Origin: Dehalococcoidia bacterium
GTDB taxonomy: Bacteria > Chloroflexota > Dehalococcoidia > Bin125
Length of the DNA stretch: 64,000 nt
NCBI GenBank assembly: GCA_963555985.3
Contig: OY820591.1
Coordinates: 1,088,001 to 1,152,000, forward strand
Direction: 5' to 3'
In this document: positions 8,543-18,338 of the stretch, piece after piece
How positions within the stretch are numbered: position 1 is the first letter of the stretch
How the letters are laid out: every line of letters starts with the position of its first letter
The notes under the pieces: generated by a model
Told to the model about the DNA's origin: nothing
The model's database searches: none
What the model saw: only the letters and a program-made list of their open reading frames with translations
Program-made: the position numbers and the translations under genes

Positions 8543-9817
8543 GTGGCCGACGCACTGATCCTCGGCTACGGCATCCTTTTCGACGACGCCGACCGCGTCC
8601 TGCTCTTGCACCGGCGGGCCGCTGAAACACTCTGGCCCGAACGCTGGTGGCTTCCCGGCGATGTGACTCCTCTAGACGAAGAGCCCGACGCCACCGTCCC
8701 CAGAATCTTCGCGCATCTCCTCCGCCAGCAGGTTCGCGCCGACTACCTGGAAACCGTCTACGGATCAGAGCCGCAGAGCGGTCGCCACACCGTCCACAAC
8801 GCCTACTTCGTCACCGTCCTTGAGCCGCTCGATCCAAGACCGGAAGACGAGACCAACCCGTTCGACGCCATGCAGTGGTTCGAGCCAGCCGTCGCAATGA
8901 CGGAACTGCCGGAGGAGCAAGCCGCATTGCTCGCGGCCGCCCTGCAACGGCGAGCCGTAGGTTGGACGCCCGAAGAAGACATCACGCTCGATTCGCTCTT
9001 CAACGACGAGCCGGAACCGGTCAAGGCCGACTCGCCTACAGTCACCCACGACCAACGCCGCAGCGCCGGCGCCGAACTCTTGGCCGAGGTCACAGGCCAA
9101 CCGGAGATCGCAGCGTCGCTCCAACGGAGTCTCGGTCCGTTCGGCGACTACCTGATCGATCACGTCTGGGGCGACGTCTGGCAGGACGGCCTGCTCTCCC
9201 GCCGAGACCGCAGCCTTGCCGCCTGCGCCGCCGCCGGTGCTCTGCGCCAGCACGACGGCTTCGCCTTCAACGCCCGCATCGCCGAGCACCACGGCGTCAC
9301 TCGCGACGAACTGGTCGAGCTTTGCCTCCAACTCGCCGTCGAATGCGGCTTCCCCTACGGCAACGAAGCGCTCACCAGACTCCTGATCGATTGGCGCAAG
9401 ACCGATCCCGACTACGCTCCCGTTCCCGCAGTCGGCAAAGATGACGATCAGCGCCGCGTTGACGCCACAGCAGTCGCCTCGCGTCTGCTAGGCCGTGAGT
9501 TCCCGTCCGAAACGATCGCCGCCGATGCCCAACAGCAGCTTGGACAGATCGGCCGCCTGACGGTCCATTGGGCCTGGGGCGACATCTGGAGCCGTCCCCA
9601 GCTCGCTCCGCGCGATCGCGCACTCGCGGTCGCCGTGATCCACATCGCCATTGGACATGACCGTGAGTTGGAAGCAGATCTTCAGACGGCGCTGCGGCTG
9701 GGCGCGACCCTCGACGAACTCGAGGGCGCAATCAGCATTGCGTCTGTGTTCTGTGGCCTGCCGCGTGCGTCGGACGCCGCCCGGATCCTCCAACGCCTGC
9801 GCCGTGAACGTGGCTAG
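8543..9817 (+). CDS. Nudix-like domain fused to two carboxymuconolactone decarboxylase (CMD/AhpD-like) domains
   Basis: N-terminal RVLLLHRR...WWLPG; then VWGDVW...LSRRDRSL and AWGDIWSRPQLAPRDRAL CMD motifs; GTG just after the trpE stop. Confidence 0.7.
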   Translation: MADALILGYGILFDDADRVLLLHRRAAETLWPERWWLPGDVTPLDEEPDATVPRIFAHLLRQQVRADYLETVYGSEPQSGRHTVHNAYFVTVLEPLDPRPEDETNPFDAMQWFEPAVAMTELPEEQAALLAAALQRRAVGWTPEEDITLDSLFNDEPEPVKADSPTVTHDQRRSAGAELLAEVTGQPEIAASLQRSLGPFGDYLIDHVWGDVWQDGLLSRRDRSLAACAAAGALRQHDGFAFNARIAEHHGVTRDELVELCLQLAVECGFPYGNEALTRLLIDWRKTDPDYAPVPAVGKDDDQRRVDATAVASRLLGREFPSETIAADAQQQLGQIGRLTVHWAWGDIWSRPQLAPRDRALAVAVIHIAIGHDRELEADLQTALRLGATLDELEGAISIASVFCGLPRASDAARILQRLRRERG

Positions 9818-9861
9818 CGCCTCCCTAGAATGCCGCTAGCTGACGACAAAGGAGATGAGAA

Positions 9862-10662
9862 ATGGCCACCCACGCCGAACGACGACGCGCCGGCAGCGAA
9901 CTGCTCGCTGAAATGACCGGCAACCCCGCCGGATTCGCGGCCGCCGAACAACGCTTGGGCGCATTCGGCAGCTACGTGATCGACTACGTCTTCGGGCAGA
10001 TGTGGCAGGGCGAGGAACTCAACCGCCGCGACCGCAACCTGGTCGCGCTGGCGCTGCTCGGCTCGCTGGATCGCTTCGACGCCGTGCGCGTCCACGCCGG
10101 ATTCGGACCCGCGAACGGACTCACACGCGAGGAAATGGTCGAAGTCGCCCTCCAGATCGCCGGCTACTCCGGCTTCCCCGCCGGCAGCGAGATGGTCGCC
10201 ACGCTCGTCGGTCTCTGGAGCGAGCAGGATGGCGAGCCCTATCGAATCCCGCCCGCCGAGTACAAGGACGACGACCAGCGCCACCGCGACGCCGTCGACG
10301 TGATGCGCACCCTCAACGGGCGCGAAGAGGCTCAAGACCCCGCCGAAGCGCTCGCTGGCATGGAGCGCATCGGCCCCGTCGGCAAGCTCGCCTTCGAGTT
10401 CGCTTTCGGCGATCTCTGGTCGCGCACGCAACTCTCACGCCGAGACCGTTCGCTGGTCGTGGTGGCCATCCTCGTCGCCCTCAACAAGCCCGACGAGCTC
10501 CAGTTCCACATCCCCGGCGCGCTCAATCACGGCGTCACTGAGACCGAACTCCAAGGCGTCATGGCCACCGCCGCCCCCTACTGCGGCTTCCCCCGCGCCG
10601 TCGAAGGCTTCCGCACGCTCCAACGCATCCTGCGCGAGCGCGAAGCCGCCAACGGAGACTGA
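9862..10662 (+). CDS. Two-domain CMD-family protein
   Basis: FGQMW...LNRRDRNL and [17 protein letters not shown]...YCGFPRA; AAGGAG RBS. Confidence 0.85.
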   Translation: MATHAERRRAGSELLAEMTGNPAGFAAAEQRLGAFGSYVIDYVFGQMWQGEELNRRDRNLVALALLGSLDRFDAVRVHAGFGPANGLTREEMVEVALQIAGYSGFPAGSEMVATLVGLWSEQDGEPYRIPPAEYKDDDQRHRDAVDVMRTLNGREEAQDPAEALAGMERIGPVGKLAFEFAFGDLWSRTQLSRRDRSLVVVAILVALNKPDELQFHIPGALNHGVTETELQGVMATAAPYCGFPRAVEGFRTLQRILREREAANGD

Positions 10663-10664
10663 CC

Positions 10665-11270
10665 GTGCTCGACACCCTCCTGATCGACAACTACGACTCC
10701 TTCACCTACAACCTCTACCAGTACCTCTGCGAGCTCGGCGCGGACGTGCAAGTCCACCGCAACGACCAGATCACGCTCGAAGAGATCGCCGCGCTCAACC
10801 CACGCCGCATCGTGATCTCACCCGGCCCCAAGACCCCGCGTGAGGCCGGCGTGAGCGTTCCCGCCATTCAGCACTTCGGCCCCACGATCCCAACACTGGG
10901 CGTCTGCCTGGGACATCAGGCAATCGGAGCCGCGTTCGGAGCGACCGTGGGCCCTGCCGGTGAAATCCGCCACGGCAAAGTCTCCGCCATCGAACACGAC
11001 GGCGAAGGCGTCTTCGCCGGTCTGCCCAACCCGATCGAGGCGACCCGCTACCACTCCCTGATCGTGGAACCCGACACCCTCCCCGATACGCTCAAACCCA
11101 CCGCCTGGACCGAGCGAGCCGACGGCTCCGGGCGCGTCCTCATGGGCGTCCGCCACACCGAGTACCCAATCGAGGGCGTCCAGTTCCACCCCGAGTCGAT
11201 CATGACCAAGACCGGGCACGCCATCCTGCGCAACTTCCTGCAACAGTCGGAGCGCGCCGGTGAACGCTGA
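10665..11270 (+). CDS. trpG: Anthranilate synthase component II (glutamine amidotransferase)
   Basis: [26 protein letters not shown]. Confidence 0.95.
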   Translation: MLDTLLIDNYDSFTYNLYQYLCELGADVQVHRNDQITLEEIAALNPRRIVISPGPKTPREAGVSVPAIQHFGPTIPTLGVCLGHQAIGAAFGATVGPAGEIRHGKVSAIEHDGEGVFAGLPNPIEATRYHSLIVEPDTLPDTLKPTAWTERADGSGRVLMGVRHTEYPIEGVQFHPESIMTKTGHAILRNFLQQSERAGER

Positions 11271-12294
11271 AGCCGATCTATCAGCCGCGCTTGCCGCCCT
11301 GATCGACGAGCGCCGCAGCCTCACTGACCAAGAAGCGTCAGCTGCGATGGACGCGCTGATGTCCGGTCAAGCCGACCTCGCTCAAGCCGGAGCACTCCTC
11401 ACCGCATTGCGAATGAAAGGCGAGACGCCCGAAGAAGTCGTCGGCCTCGCCGGCGCCATGCGCGCTCACGCGCTCGCCGTCGACCTCTCCGACCTGCCCC
11501 GCCTCGCCGACACCGCCGGTACCGGCGGCGATGGCTCCGACACCTTCAACGCCAGCACCGCCGCCGCCTTCGTGATGGCCGGCTGCGGCGTGCCGGTCGC
11601 CAAACACGGCAACCGCGCCATGTCCTCCAACTGCGGCAGCGCCGATGTGCTTGAAGCCCTGGGAGCCAACATCAACTTGACCCCTGATCAGGTGGCAAAC
11701 TGCGTCCGCTCGGTCGGATTCTCCTTCATGTTCGCCCAAGCCTTCCACCCCGCCATGAGACACGTCGCCCCGATCCGCCGAACCCTCGGCGTCCGTACCG
11801 TGTTCAACATCCTCGGTCCGCTCACCAATCCAGCCCGCGCCACCCACCAACTGATCGGAGTCGCCCGCCCCGAGCTGGGCCCGCTCATGGCCGCCGCCCT
11901 CGGACAGCTAGGCGTCCAACGCGGCATCGTCGTCCACGGCCGCGAGGGTCTGGACGAAGTCTCGCCAACCGGCGAGACCCTCTGCTGGAACGTCCAGAAC
12001 AGTGAAGTCGCCGAGTTCAGCGTCCGTCCCGAGGACTTCCAGATCCGCCCGGTGCCGCTGAGCGCCGTGCGAGGCGGTGACACTGCCGAAGCGTCGGCAC
12101 GGCAAATGCGAGAAGTTCTCGGCGGAACCACCTCCGCCCTCACCGGATTCGTCACTCTCAACGCCGCCGCTGGTCTACTCGCCGCCGACGAAGTCCCCAC
12201 CTTCGCCGAAGGCGTCAGCCGCGCCGCCGAGTGCATCGACGACCAACGCGCCCTGCGCAAGCTCGAACTCTACGTCGAGGCCTCAAACTCATGA
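11260..12294 (+). CDS. trpD: Anthranilate phosphoribosyltransferase
   Basis: [33 protein letters not shown]. Confidence 0.95.
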   Translation: MNAEADLSAALAALIDERRSLTDQEASAAMDALMSGQADLAQAGALLTALRMKGETPEEVVGLAGAMRAHALAVDLSDLPRLADTAGTGGDGSDTFNASTAAAFVMAGCGVPVAKHGNRAMSSNCGSADVLEALGANINLTPDQVANCVRSVGFSFMFAQAFHPAMRHVAPIRRTLGVRTVFNILGPLTNPARATHQLIGVARPELGPLMAAALGQLGVQRGIVVHGREGLDEVSPTGETLCWNVQNSEVAEFSVRPEDFQIRPVPLSAVRGGDTAEASARQMREVLGGTTSALTGFVTLNAAAGLLAADEVPTFAEGVSRAAECIDDQRALRKLELYVEASNS

Positions 12295-13076
12295 CCTCCG
12301 TCCTTGAACAGATCGTGATCGACACCCGCGCCCGCATCGCGGAACGCAAGCAACGAGCTTCCCTCGAAGACCTCCGCTGGCGCGCGGCGGAGCGAACATC
12401 GCCGAACGATTTCGTCGCCGCCCTCCGCCAACCCGGAGTCGGAGTCATCGCCGAAATCAAGCGCGGCTCTCCCTCCAAAGGCGTCTTCGCGCCCGATCTG
12501 GTGCCCTCAGAACTCGCCTGCACCTACCACCAAATCGGCGCGATCGCGGTCTCCGTACTCACATCCCCCGCCTTCTTCGCCACCGACGACGATCTCGCCG
12601 CCGCTGCGCACGCGCTCAACGGCAGCCAACTCCCGCTCCTGCGCAAAGAGTTCCATATCGACCCCTACCAAATCGCCGAAGCCGCCGCGCTCGGCGCAGA
12701 CGCCTATCTCCTGATCGCCAAAACCCTCTCAGCAAGTGAACTCGCAGAGCTAGTCGAAGCAGGATCAGAATTCCACCTGCCCGCCTTCATCGAAGTCACC
12801 GACGCAGCCGAGGTCGAAATGGCCCTCGATGCCGGCGCGCCCGCAATCGGCATCAATAACCGCAACCTCCACAACTTCAGCGAAGACCTCTCCACCACCG
12901 AGCGCCTCCGCGCACAAATTCCACCACACATCCCCGTCGTCGCCGCCAGCGGCGTCCGCACCCGCGACGATATGCGCCGAATGGAAGCATCGGGCGTGGA
13001 CGCCGTCTTGATCGGCGAAGCGCTGGCCAGCGCTCCCGACCCCGCCGCCAAAATGCGTGAATTGCGTGGATCATGA
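12291..13076 (+). CDS. trpC: Indole-3-glycerol phosphate synthase
   Basis: IAEIKRGSPSKG, GINNRNL, DAVLIGEAL; ATGA overlap with trpD. Confidence 0.93.
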   Translation: MTSVLEQIVIDTRARIAERKQRASLEDLRWRAAERTSPNDFVAALRQPGVGVIAEIKRGSPSKGVFAPDLVPSELACTYHQIGAIAVSVLTSPAFFATDDDLAAAAHALNGSQLPLLRKEFHIDPYQIAEAAALGADAYLLIAKTLSASELAELVEAGSEFHLPAFIEVTDAAEVEMALDAGAPAIGINNRNLHNFSEDLSTTERLRAQIPPHIPVVAASGVRTRDDMRRMEASGVDAVLIGEALASAPDPAAKMRELRGS

Positions 13077-13771
13077 CCCCAGACACGCCCCCATTGGTGA
13101 AAATCTGCTCCGTTCGCGCGATCGAACATGCAGTTTGGGCGCGCGAAGCAGGCGCAGACTGGATCGGCATGATCTTCGCCGACGCTCCCAGACGGATCGA
13201 TCTCGCCATCGCAAAAGCCATCCGCCGCGAAATCGGCGACCGCGTGACCATCGCCGAGTCCTCAGCAGAAGCAGTCCAACGCGAGGGCGCAGAAGCCGGA
13301 CAACCACTCCTCGTCGGCGTCTTCGCCCGCCAAACGCCCGACCAGATCGGCCGTGTCCTCGATCAAGTCGACCTCGATCTCGTCCAACTCAGCGGCGGCG
13401 AACATCCCGCCCTCGCCGGAAGAATCCCCCGAGCAGTCATCCGCGCCGTCCACGTCAGCGAGGACATGACCGCCGACCAAGTGTTGCGCGAAGCGACCCG
13501 AACACCGCCAACCGTGACCATGCTCGATGCCAAGTCGAAACAAGGTGGCGGAACAGGCCAACGCATTGACTGGTCAGTCGCTGCAACGGTCGCCCGGCAG
13601 CGTCCAATCGTGTTGGCGGGCGGACTTTCGCCCGAGAACGTCGCTGAGGCGGTTGCAGCGGTAACACCCTGGGTCGTAGACGTTTCTTCCGGCGTCGAAA
13701 CCGACGGTGCCAAAGATCGCGAAAAAATCCGCGCATTCATCCGCGCGGCCAAGGGCGGAGTACCCGCATGA
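13073..13771 (+). CDS. trpF: Phosphoribosylanthranilate isomerase
   Basis: [26 protein letters not shown]. Confidence 0.93.
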   Translation: MTPDTPPLVKICSVRAIEHAVWAREAGADWIGMIFADAPRRIDLAIAKAIRREIGDRVTIAESSAEAVQREGAEAGQPLLVGVFARQTPDQIGRVLDQVDLDLVQLSGGEHPALAGRIPRAVIRAVHVSEDMTADQVLREATRTPPTVTMLDAKSKQGGGTGQRIDWSVAATVARQRPIVLAGGLSPENVAEAVAAVTPWVVDVSSGVETDGAKDREKIRAFIRAAKGGVPA

Positions 13772-14964
13772 CGACAGCCGCACCCGAGACCGGAGCGTTC
13801 GGACCCTTCGGCGGCCAATTCGCGCCCGAAACCCTCATGCCCGCGCTCGCCGAACTCGAAGCCGCCTGGCACGACGCCCGGCGCGATCCCGAGTTTCAGC
13901 GCCAACTGCAAGACCTCCTGCGCGAATACGTCGGCCGCGAAACCCCGCTCACCTACGCCGAGCGACTGTCGGATCAGCTCGGCGGCGCGCGCATCTACCT
14001 CAAGCGCGAAGACCTCGCCCACACCGGCGCCCACAAGATCAACAACGCCATCGGTCAGGTCCTGCTCGCTCAGCGCATGGGCAAACCCCGCATCATCGCC
14101 GAAACCGGTGCCGGTCAGCACGGTGTCGCCACCGCCACCGCCTGCGCCCGCTTCGGCATCGAGTGCATCGTCTACATGGGCGCGGAAGACATCCGCCGCC
14201 AGGCCCTCAACGTCTTCCGCATGAACCTGCTCGGCGCGACCGTGGTACCCGTCGACTCTGGCTCCCGCACCCTCAAAGACGCCATCAACGAAGCCATCCG
14301 CGATTGGGTCACCAATGTCCGCACGACCCACTACCTGATCGGCAGCGCCATCGGCCCGCACCCCTATCCCGTGATCGTCCGCGAGTTGCAGTCCTGCATC
14401 GGCCGGGAGTCGAAAGACCAGCTACAGGCGAAGATTGGCAAACTGCCCGACGTCGCAATCGCCTGCGTCGGCGGCGGCAGCAACGCGATCGGCCTCTTCC
14501 ACCCCCTCGTGAACGATCCCGTCCGGCTGATCGGCGTCGAAGCCGCCGGCGAGGGCCTCCACGCGCGTCACGCCGCCACGCTCTCAGCTGGTTCCCCGGG
14601 CGTTCTCCACGGCACCCGCACCTACGTCCTCCAGGACGAACACGGACAAATCACCGAGGCCCACAGCATCTCCGCCGGCCTCGACTACCCCGGCGTCGGA
14701 CCCGAACACGCCTGGCTCATGCTCACCGAACGCGCCGAGTACGTCTCCGTCACCGACGATGAAGCCCTGGACGGCCTCAAGCTCCTCTCCGAAACCGAAG
14801 GCATCATCCCCGCCCTCGAAACCGCCCACGCCATCGCCTACGCCGCCAAAATCGCCCCGCAAATGAACCCCGACCAGATCATCCTGATCGGACTCTCAGG
14901 CCGCGGCGACAAAGACGTAGAAATCGTCCGCGACGCCCTCGCCCAAAGAGGAGCCAATCCCTAG
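13768..14964 (+). CDS. trpB: Tryptophan synthase beta chain
   Basis: [38 protein letters not shown]. Confidence 0.97.
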   Translation: MTTAAPETGAFGPFGGQFAPETLMPALAELEAAWHDARRDPEFQRQLQDLLREYVGRETPLTYAERLSDQLGGARIYLKREDLAHTGAHKINNAIGQVLLAQRMGKPRIIAETGAGQHGVATATACARFGIECIVYMGAEDIRRQALNVFRMNLLGATVVPVDSGSRTLKDAINEAIRDWVTNVRTTHYLIGSAIGPHPYPVIVRELQSCIGRESKDQLQAKIGKLPDVAIACVGGGSNAIGLFHPLVNDPVRLIGVEAAGEGLHARHAATLSAGSPGVLHGTRTYVLQDEHGQITEAHSISAGLDYPGVGPEHAWLMLTERAEYVSVTDDEALDGLKLLSETEGIIPALETAHAIAYAAKIAPQMNPDQIILIGLSGRGDKDVEIVRDALAQRGANP

Positions 14965-14986
14965 ACGCGATGCCCGTCCGATACTT

Positions 14987-15080
14987 CTCTCCCCCCGCAC
15001 TGCCGAGAGACGTCGCGCAGCGGATCCCACTCTCCCCCCGCACTGCGGGGGGAGATGTCCCGTAGGGACAGAGGGGGGTC
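14987..15080. repeat. REP-like double-hairpin palindromic repeat (family 1), one partial plus one full copy
   Basis: ctccccccgcactgcggggggagatgtcccgtagggacagagggggg; near-identical reverse-complement copy at 53272-53322. Confidence 0.85.
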
Positions 15081-15095
15081 TGAACCAAGGCTAGA

Positions 15096-15480
15096 TGTCA
15101 CCTCCGACACACCCGCCCCAACTCCAATCAACTACCCTAGACAGAACACCAGTCCGCTATACCGAAAAACACGCCGATGCCCGAATCTTCCACCCTGCCC
15201 CGCCGCCCCCGAGTGCTTTGTCGCTCGAACAAGCTTCCCAATCCACCCGAACATATCCAGATGGATCTGGAGATTTCCGAATGTCCGAAAATCGATTCTC
15301 CCATCCAGAACAGGAAAAACGCAAATTGCACCCCGAAACATTCCCTGTTCGAATCTGGACATAACGTGAGTCCCGCTCGCGCGAACACCCCCAAACCAAC
15401 CCGAACCCTCTGCGAACAGGCTCGAACGTCCCCGAACAAAATGAAACAAAATGAAACAAGGTGCAACAAAATCAAACACC
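15096..15480 (+). other. Dispersed intergenic element A (TGTCAC, TACCCT, GAAC-N4-GTCC box, 10-bp periodic AAC tract)
   Basis: Motifs shared with 30152-30465 and 41701-41942; about 10 phased units at 15381-15480. Confidence 0.55.
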
Positions 15481-15527
15481 CCGCGAACGATTCATCTCCA
15501 AATTCGGAGCCCATGACAAAGGCCCAT

Positions 15528-15597
15528 TTCCCTCATTTCCGCGCCCCCTTCCGTCATTCCCGCGCCCCCTTCCGTCATTCCCGCGCAGGCGGGAATC
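15528..15597 (+). repeat. CGTC-tagged palindromic repeat with 21-bp tandem partial copies
   Basis: ttccgtcattcccgcgccccc tandem ending in cgtcATTCCCgcgcaggcGGGAATc hairpin. Confidence 0.75.
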
Positions 15598-15747
15598 TCG
15601 AACCTCTCAAGTCCGAAGCCGCCTCCACATCTGGTCGGACCGCCAACCTCACATCGCGCGATCCGCTTTCCCAAGCGGAAATCCACGCGGAGAATCCGCT
15701 CCCATCTGGATCCCCAAGCCCCAACCCATCCTGCCGGGAACACCTTG

Positions 15748-16548
15748 ATGACTGAAGAACTGCGCCTACATGACGCCAGTGAACCTCGGCCCCTCAGCGG
15801 ACTCGGAGTCATCGCCTGGGGACTCGTCTGTACCGCTGCCTGGCTCATCATCATCCTGATCGCCGCCGAGATCTCCTCACAGTTCGAAGACAGACCCTGC
15901 ATCACTTCGGAAACAGAATCACTCGTCACCGAGATCTCCGCACAGCTCGAAGACAGCCTCTGCATCACTTCGGAAACGGGATTACTCGTCTTTATCGCCG
16001 GCCAAGCGATTGCCGGAATCGTCGGCTGGTTCCTGATTCCCCGCATTGTCCTGCGCCGCCGCAACCTGAATCACTTAGTCAGTTGGAGCCGACCGAAATT
16101 CCGCGACTTCGCCTGGGCCGCCGCCGGACTCGTCGCCGTCTACCTCTCGCTCTTCATCTACGTCGCCATCGTCGAGGCGTTCGGCCAAGATCAACTCACG
16201 CCCGAATCCACCATCGACGACGACAGCCTCTATCAACACACCAGCGTCATCATCGCGCTGGGAGTCTTGGTCATCCTCGCCGCCCCAATCTACGAAGAGA
16301 CCTTCGCCCGCGGCTTCGTCCTCGGCGGTCTCCGCCCCGCTTGGGGCATCCTCCCCTCCTTCTTGATCAGCGCCGCCGTCTTCTCCGCATTGCACGCCGA
16401 TCTCGGCAGCCTGATCCCCTTTGCCATCGCCGGCATCATCCTGGGCATCCTCTATCTACGCACCGACTCGTTGACCTCCCCCACGATCGCACACATCGGC
16501 TTCAACATCATCGGCTACACCGCCACCCTCCTACAGCAGCTGGCCTGA
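15748..16548 (+). CDS. CPBP (CAAX/Abi) family intramembrane metalloprotease
   Basis: Multiple TM helices; YEETFARG, FSALH, HIGFN motifs. Confidence 0.85.
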   Translation: MTEELRLHDASEPRPLSGLGVIAWGLVCTAAWLIIILIAAEISSQFEDRPCITSETESLVTEISAQLEDSLCITSETGLLVFIAGQAIAGIVGWFLIPRIVLRRRNLNHLVSWSRPKFRDFAWAAAGLVAVYLSLFIYVAIVEAFGQDQLTPESTIDDDSLYQHTSVIIALGVLVILAAPIYEETFARGFVLGGLRPAWGILPSFLISAAVFSALHADLGSLIPFAIAGIILGILYLRTDSLTSPTIAHIGFNIIGYTATLLQQLA

Positions 16549-16590
16549 GCAGAGCCTGCCGCGCAAACCCAACTCCCATCCTGCCCACAC

Positions 16591-16749
16591 CCCCACTCCC
16601 GTCATACCCGCGTCCCCAAATTCCGTCATACCCGCGCTCCGTCGCGGGTATCTCGCCGTAAACAGCACCGAGCCACAACCGACTCCGTCCCCCACTCCCG
16701 TCATACCCGCGCTCCGTCGCGGGTATCTCGCCGTGAGCAGCACCAAGCC
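16591..16749 (+). repeat. CGTC-tagged palindromic repeats (2 full, 1 partial)
   Basis: ccgtcATACCCGCGctccgtCGCGGGTATctcgccgt at 16623 and 16698; partial copy at 16599. Confidence 0.8.
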
Positions 16750-16847
16750 CCCCGAGGATTCCGAGCCCCCCAACATCCACTCTCCGATAATCTGAGCAAG
16801 CCCCGACAAGTCGCAGCGTCCGGTGCCGCCGGATGGTAGGGGGATGG

Positions 16848-17726
16848 ATGAACCGCTACCAACAAGCCTTCGACCGCGCCCAACTCGATCACGCCGCACA
16901 CCCACTGGTCTTCCCCTTTCTCACCGCAGGCTTCCCCACACCAGACGAGACCAATGGCCTGATCGCCGCCGCCCTCAACGGCGGCGCCGCCGGACTCGAA
17001 ATCGGCGTCCCCTTCAGCGATCCTCTCGCTGATGGCCCCACTCACCAGCGCGCCTACACCGTCGCACTCGCCAACGGCGCGAACCTCGACACTGCCCTTG
17101 AAGCCGCGCGCCACGCCCGCGCCCTCAAACCCGACGCCGCCATCACGCTGATGGGCTATCTCAATCCCTTCCTTGCCTACGGCGCGTCGCTTGAACAAGC
17201 AGCGTCCGCCAAGCTCAGCCAGTCCACCGCGCAATCGGTGGGACAGCCGCTCGAACCGCTCGCCCGCGCCGCCGCCGAGGCCGGCGTCGACGGCGTCATC
17301 ATCGTCGACCTCCCGGTCGACGAGTCCGATCACGCCCGCGAAGTGCTGGCCGCGCACGGCATCGCCATGATCTATCTGCTTGCGCCCACGAGCACGCCGG
17401 AGCGGATCACCGCCGTCGCCGAACGCGCCGCCGGATTCATCTATCTGGTCAGTGTCACCGGCGTCACCGGCGCACGCGATCAACTGGCGGCCGATCTCGC
17501 TGCGGTCGCCTCCCGCGTCCGCGAAGCGACCGATGTCCCGCTCGGTATCGGATTTGGCATTACCAATCGCGCGCACGTGGAACAAGTCGGAGAATTCGCA
17601 CAGGCTGCTATCATCGGCTCAGCGCTCACGGCGACGATCGCCGATGCGCCCGCCGGCGGCCGCGAAGCCGCCGTGCAGCAATACCTCGAGGTGGTCACCG
17701 GCCGCCGGAGAGACGAGTCGGCATAA
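16848..17726 (+). CDS. trpA: Tryptophan synthase alpha chain
   Basis: LEIGVPFSDPLADGP, LMGYLNP, YLVSVTGVTGAR, IGFGI. Confidence 0.95.
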   Translation: MNRYQQAFDRAQLDHAAHPLVFPFLTAGFPTPDETNGLIAAALNGGAAGLEIGVPFSDPLADGPTHQRAYTVALANGANLDTALEAARHARALKPDAAITLMGYLNPFLAYGASLEQAASAKLSQSTAQSVGQPLEPLARAAAEAGVDGVIIVDLPVDESDHAREVLAAHGIAMIYLLAPTSTPERITAVAERAAGFIYLVSVTGVTGARDQLAADLAAVASRVREATDVPLGIGFGITNRAHVEQVGEFAQAAIIGSALTATIADAPAGGREAAVQQYLEVVTGRRRDESA

Positions 17727-17842
17727 TGCAGGCCGCGAACCGAACCATCACCCGCGACCGCATTCAGATCCACGCTGGACAACCCGCGTTCGGATATCCC
17801 GGCTATGCCTCCGCGGCTGGCGTCTTTGTCGTTGGCCGCTGA
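17726..17842 (+). CDS. Candidate Phe/Tyr leader peptide (MQAANRTITRDRIQIHAGQPAFGYPGYASAAGVFVVGR)
   Basis: 38-aa ORF coupled to the trpA stop (TAATG); F-G-Y-P-G-Y...F cluster; directly upstream of aroH-aroF. Confidence 0.45.
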   Translation: MQAANRTITRDRIQIHAGQPAFGYPGYASAAGVFVVGR

Positions 17843-17910
17843 TCGCCGCTGCGATCCCAACACCCTGATCCAACTCCGACGACACGCTCCCAACGACCGA
17901 GACTCGACGC

Positions 17911-18306
17911 ATGGGTGAATCCGAAACAGAACCTGTCTGGCGCTTGCGGGGCATCCGCGGCGCCACCACCGTCGAAGCCAACACCCCCGACGCGATCTGC
18001 GATGCAACCGAAGAGTTGCTCCGCGAACTGGTCGCGCGCAATCGCATCGACGGCGAAGACGTAGCCTCGGTCTGGTTCACCACTACGCCCGATCTCAACG
18101 CCGAGTTCCCCGCCGTCGTCGCCCGCCGCAGCTTCCACTGGACCGCTGCCGCGCTCATGTGCGGTCACGAAATGACTGTGCCCGGATCGTTGCCGGCCTG
18201 CCTCCGCATCCTGCTCCACGTCAACACCACCCTCAGACAGGACGAAGTCGAACACGTCTACCTGCGCGGCGCAATCGCGCTGCGCCCAGACCTCAGTCGC
18301 TGCTAA
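17911..18306 (+). CDS. aroH: Chorismate mutase, AroH class
   Basis: [30 protein letters not shown]. Confidence 0.92.
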   Translation: MGESETEPVWRLRGIRGATTVEANTPDAICDATEELLRELVARNRIDGEDVASVWFTTTPDLNAEFPAVVARRSFHWTAAALMCGHEMTVPGSLPACLRILLHVNTTLRQDEVEHVYLRGAIALRPDLSRC

Positions 18307-18338
18307 CGCGGCTCCCCGCACAGAAAGGACCCATCCCC

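Noticed and set aside
15177-15755. 192-aa ORF across element A and the repeats
   Set aside because: Low complexity, built from repeat translation (KMKQNET, PFRHSRA) with several frames open; not supported as a protein
16591-16749. 37-bp repeats with an about 38-bp gap resembling a mini-CRISPR
   Set aside because: Only two full copies, similarity extends into the spacer, CGTC-hairpin REP structure, and no cas genes
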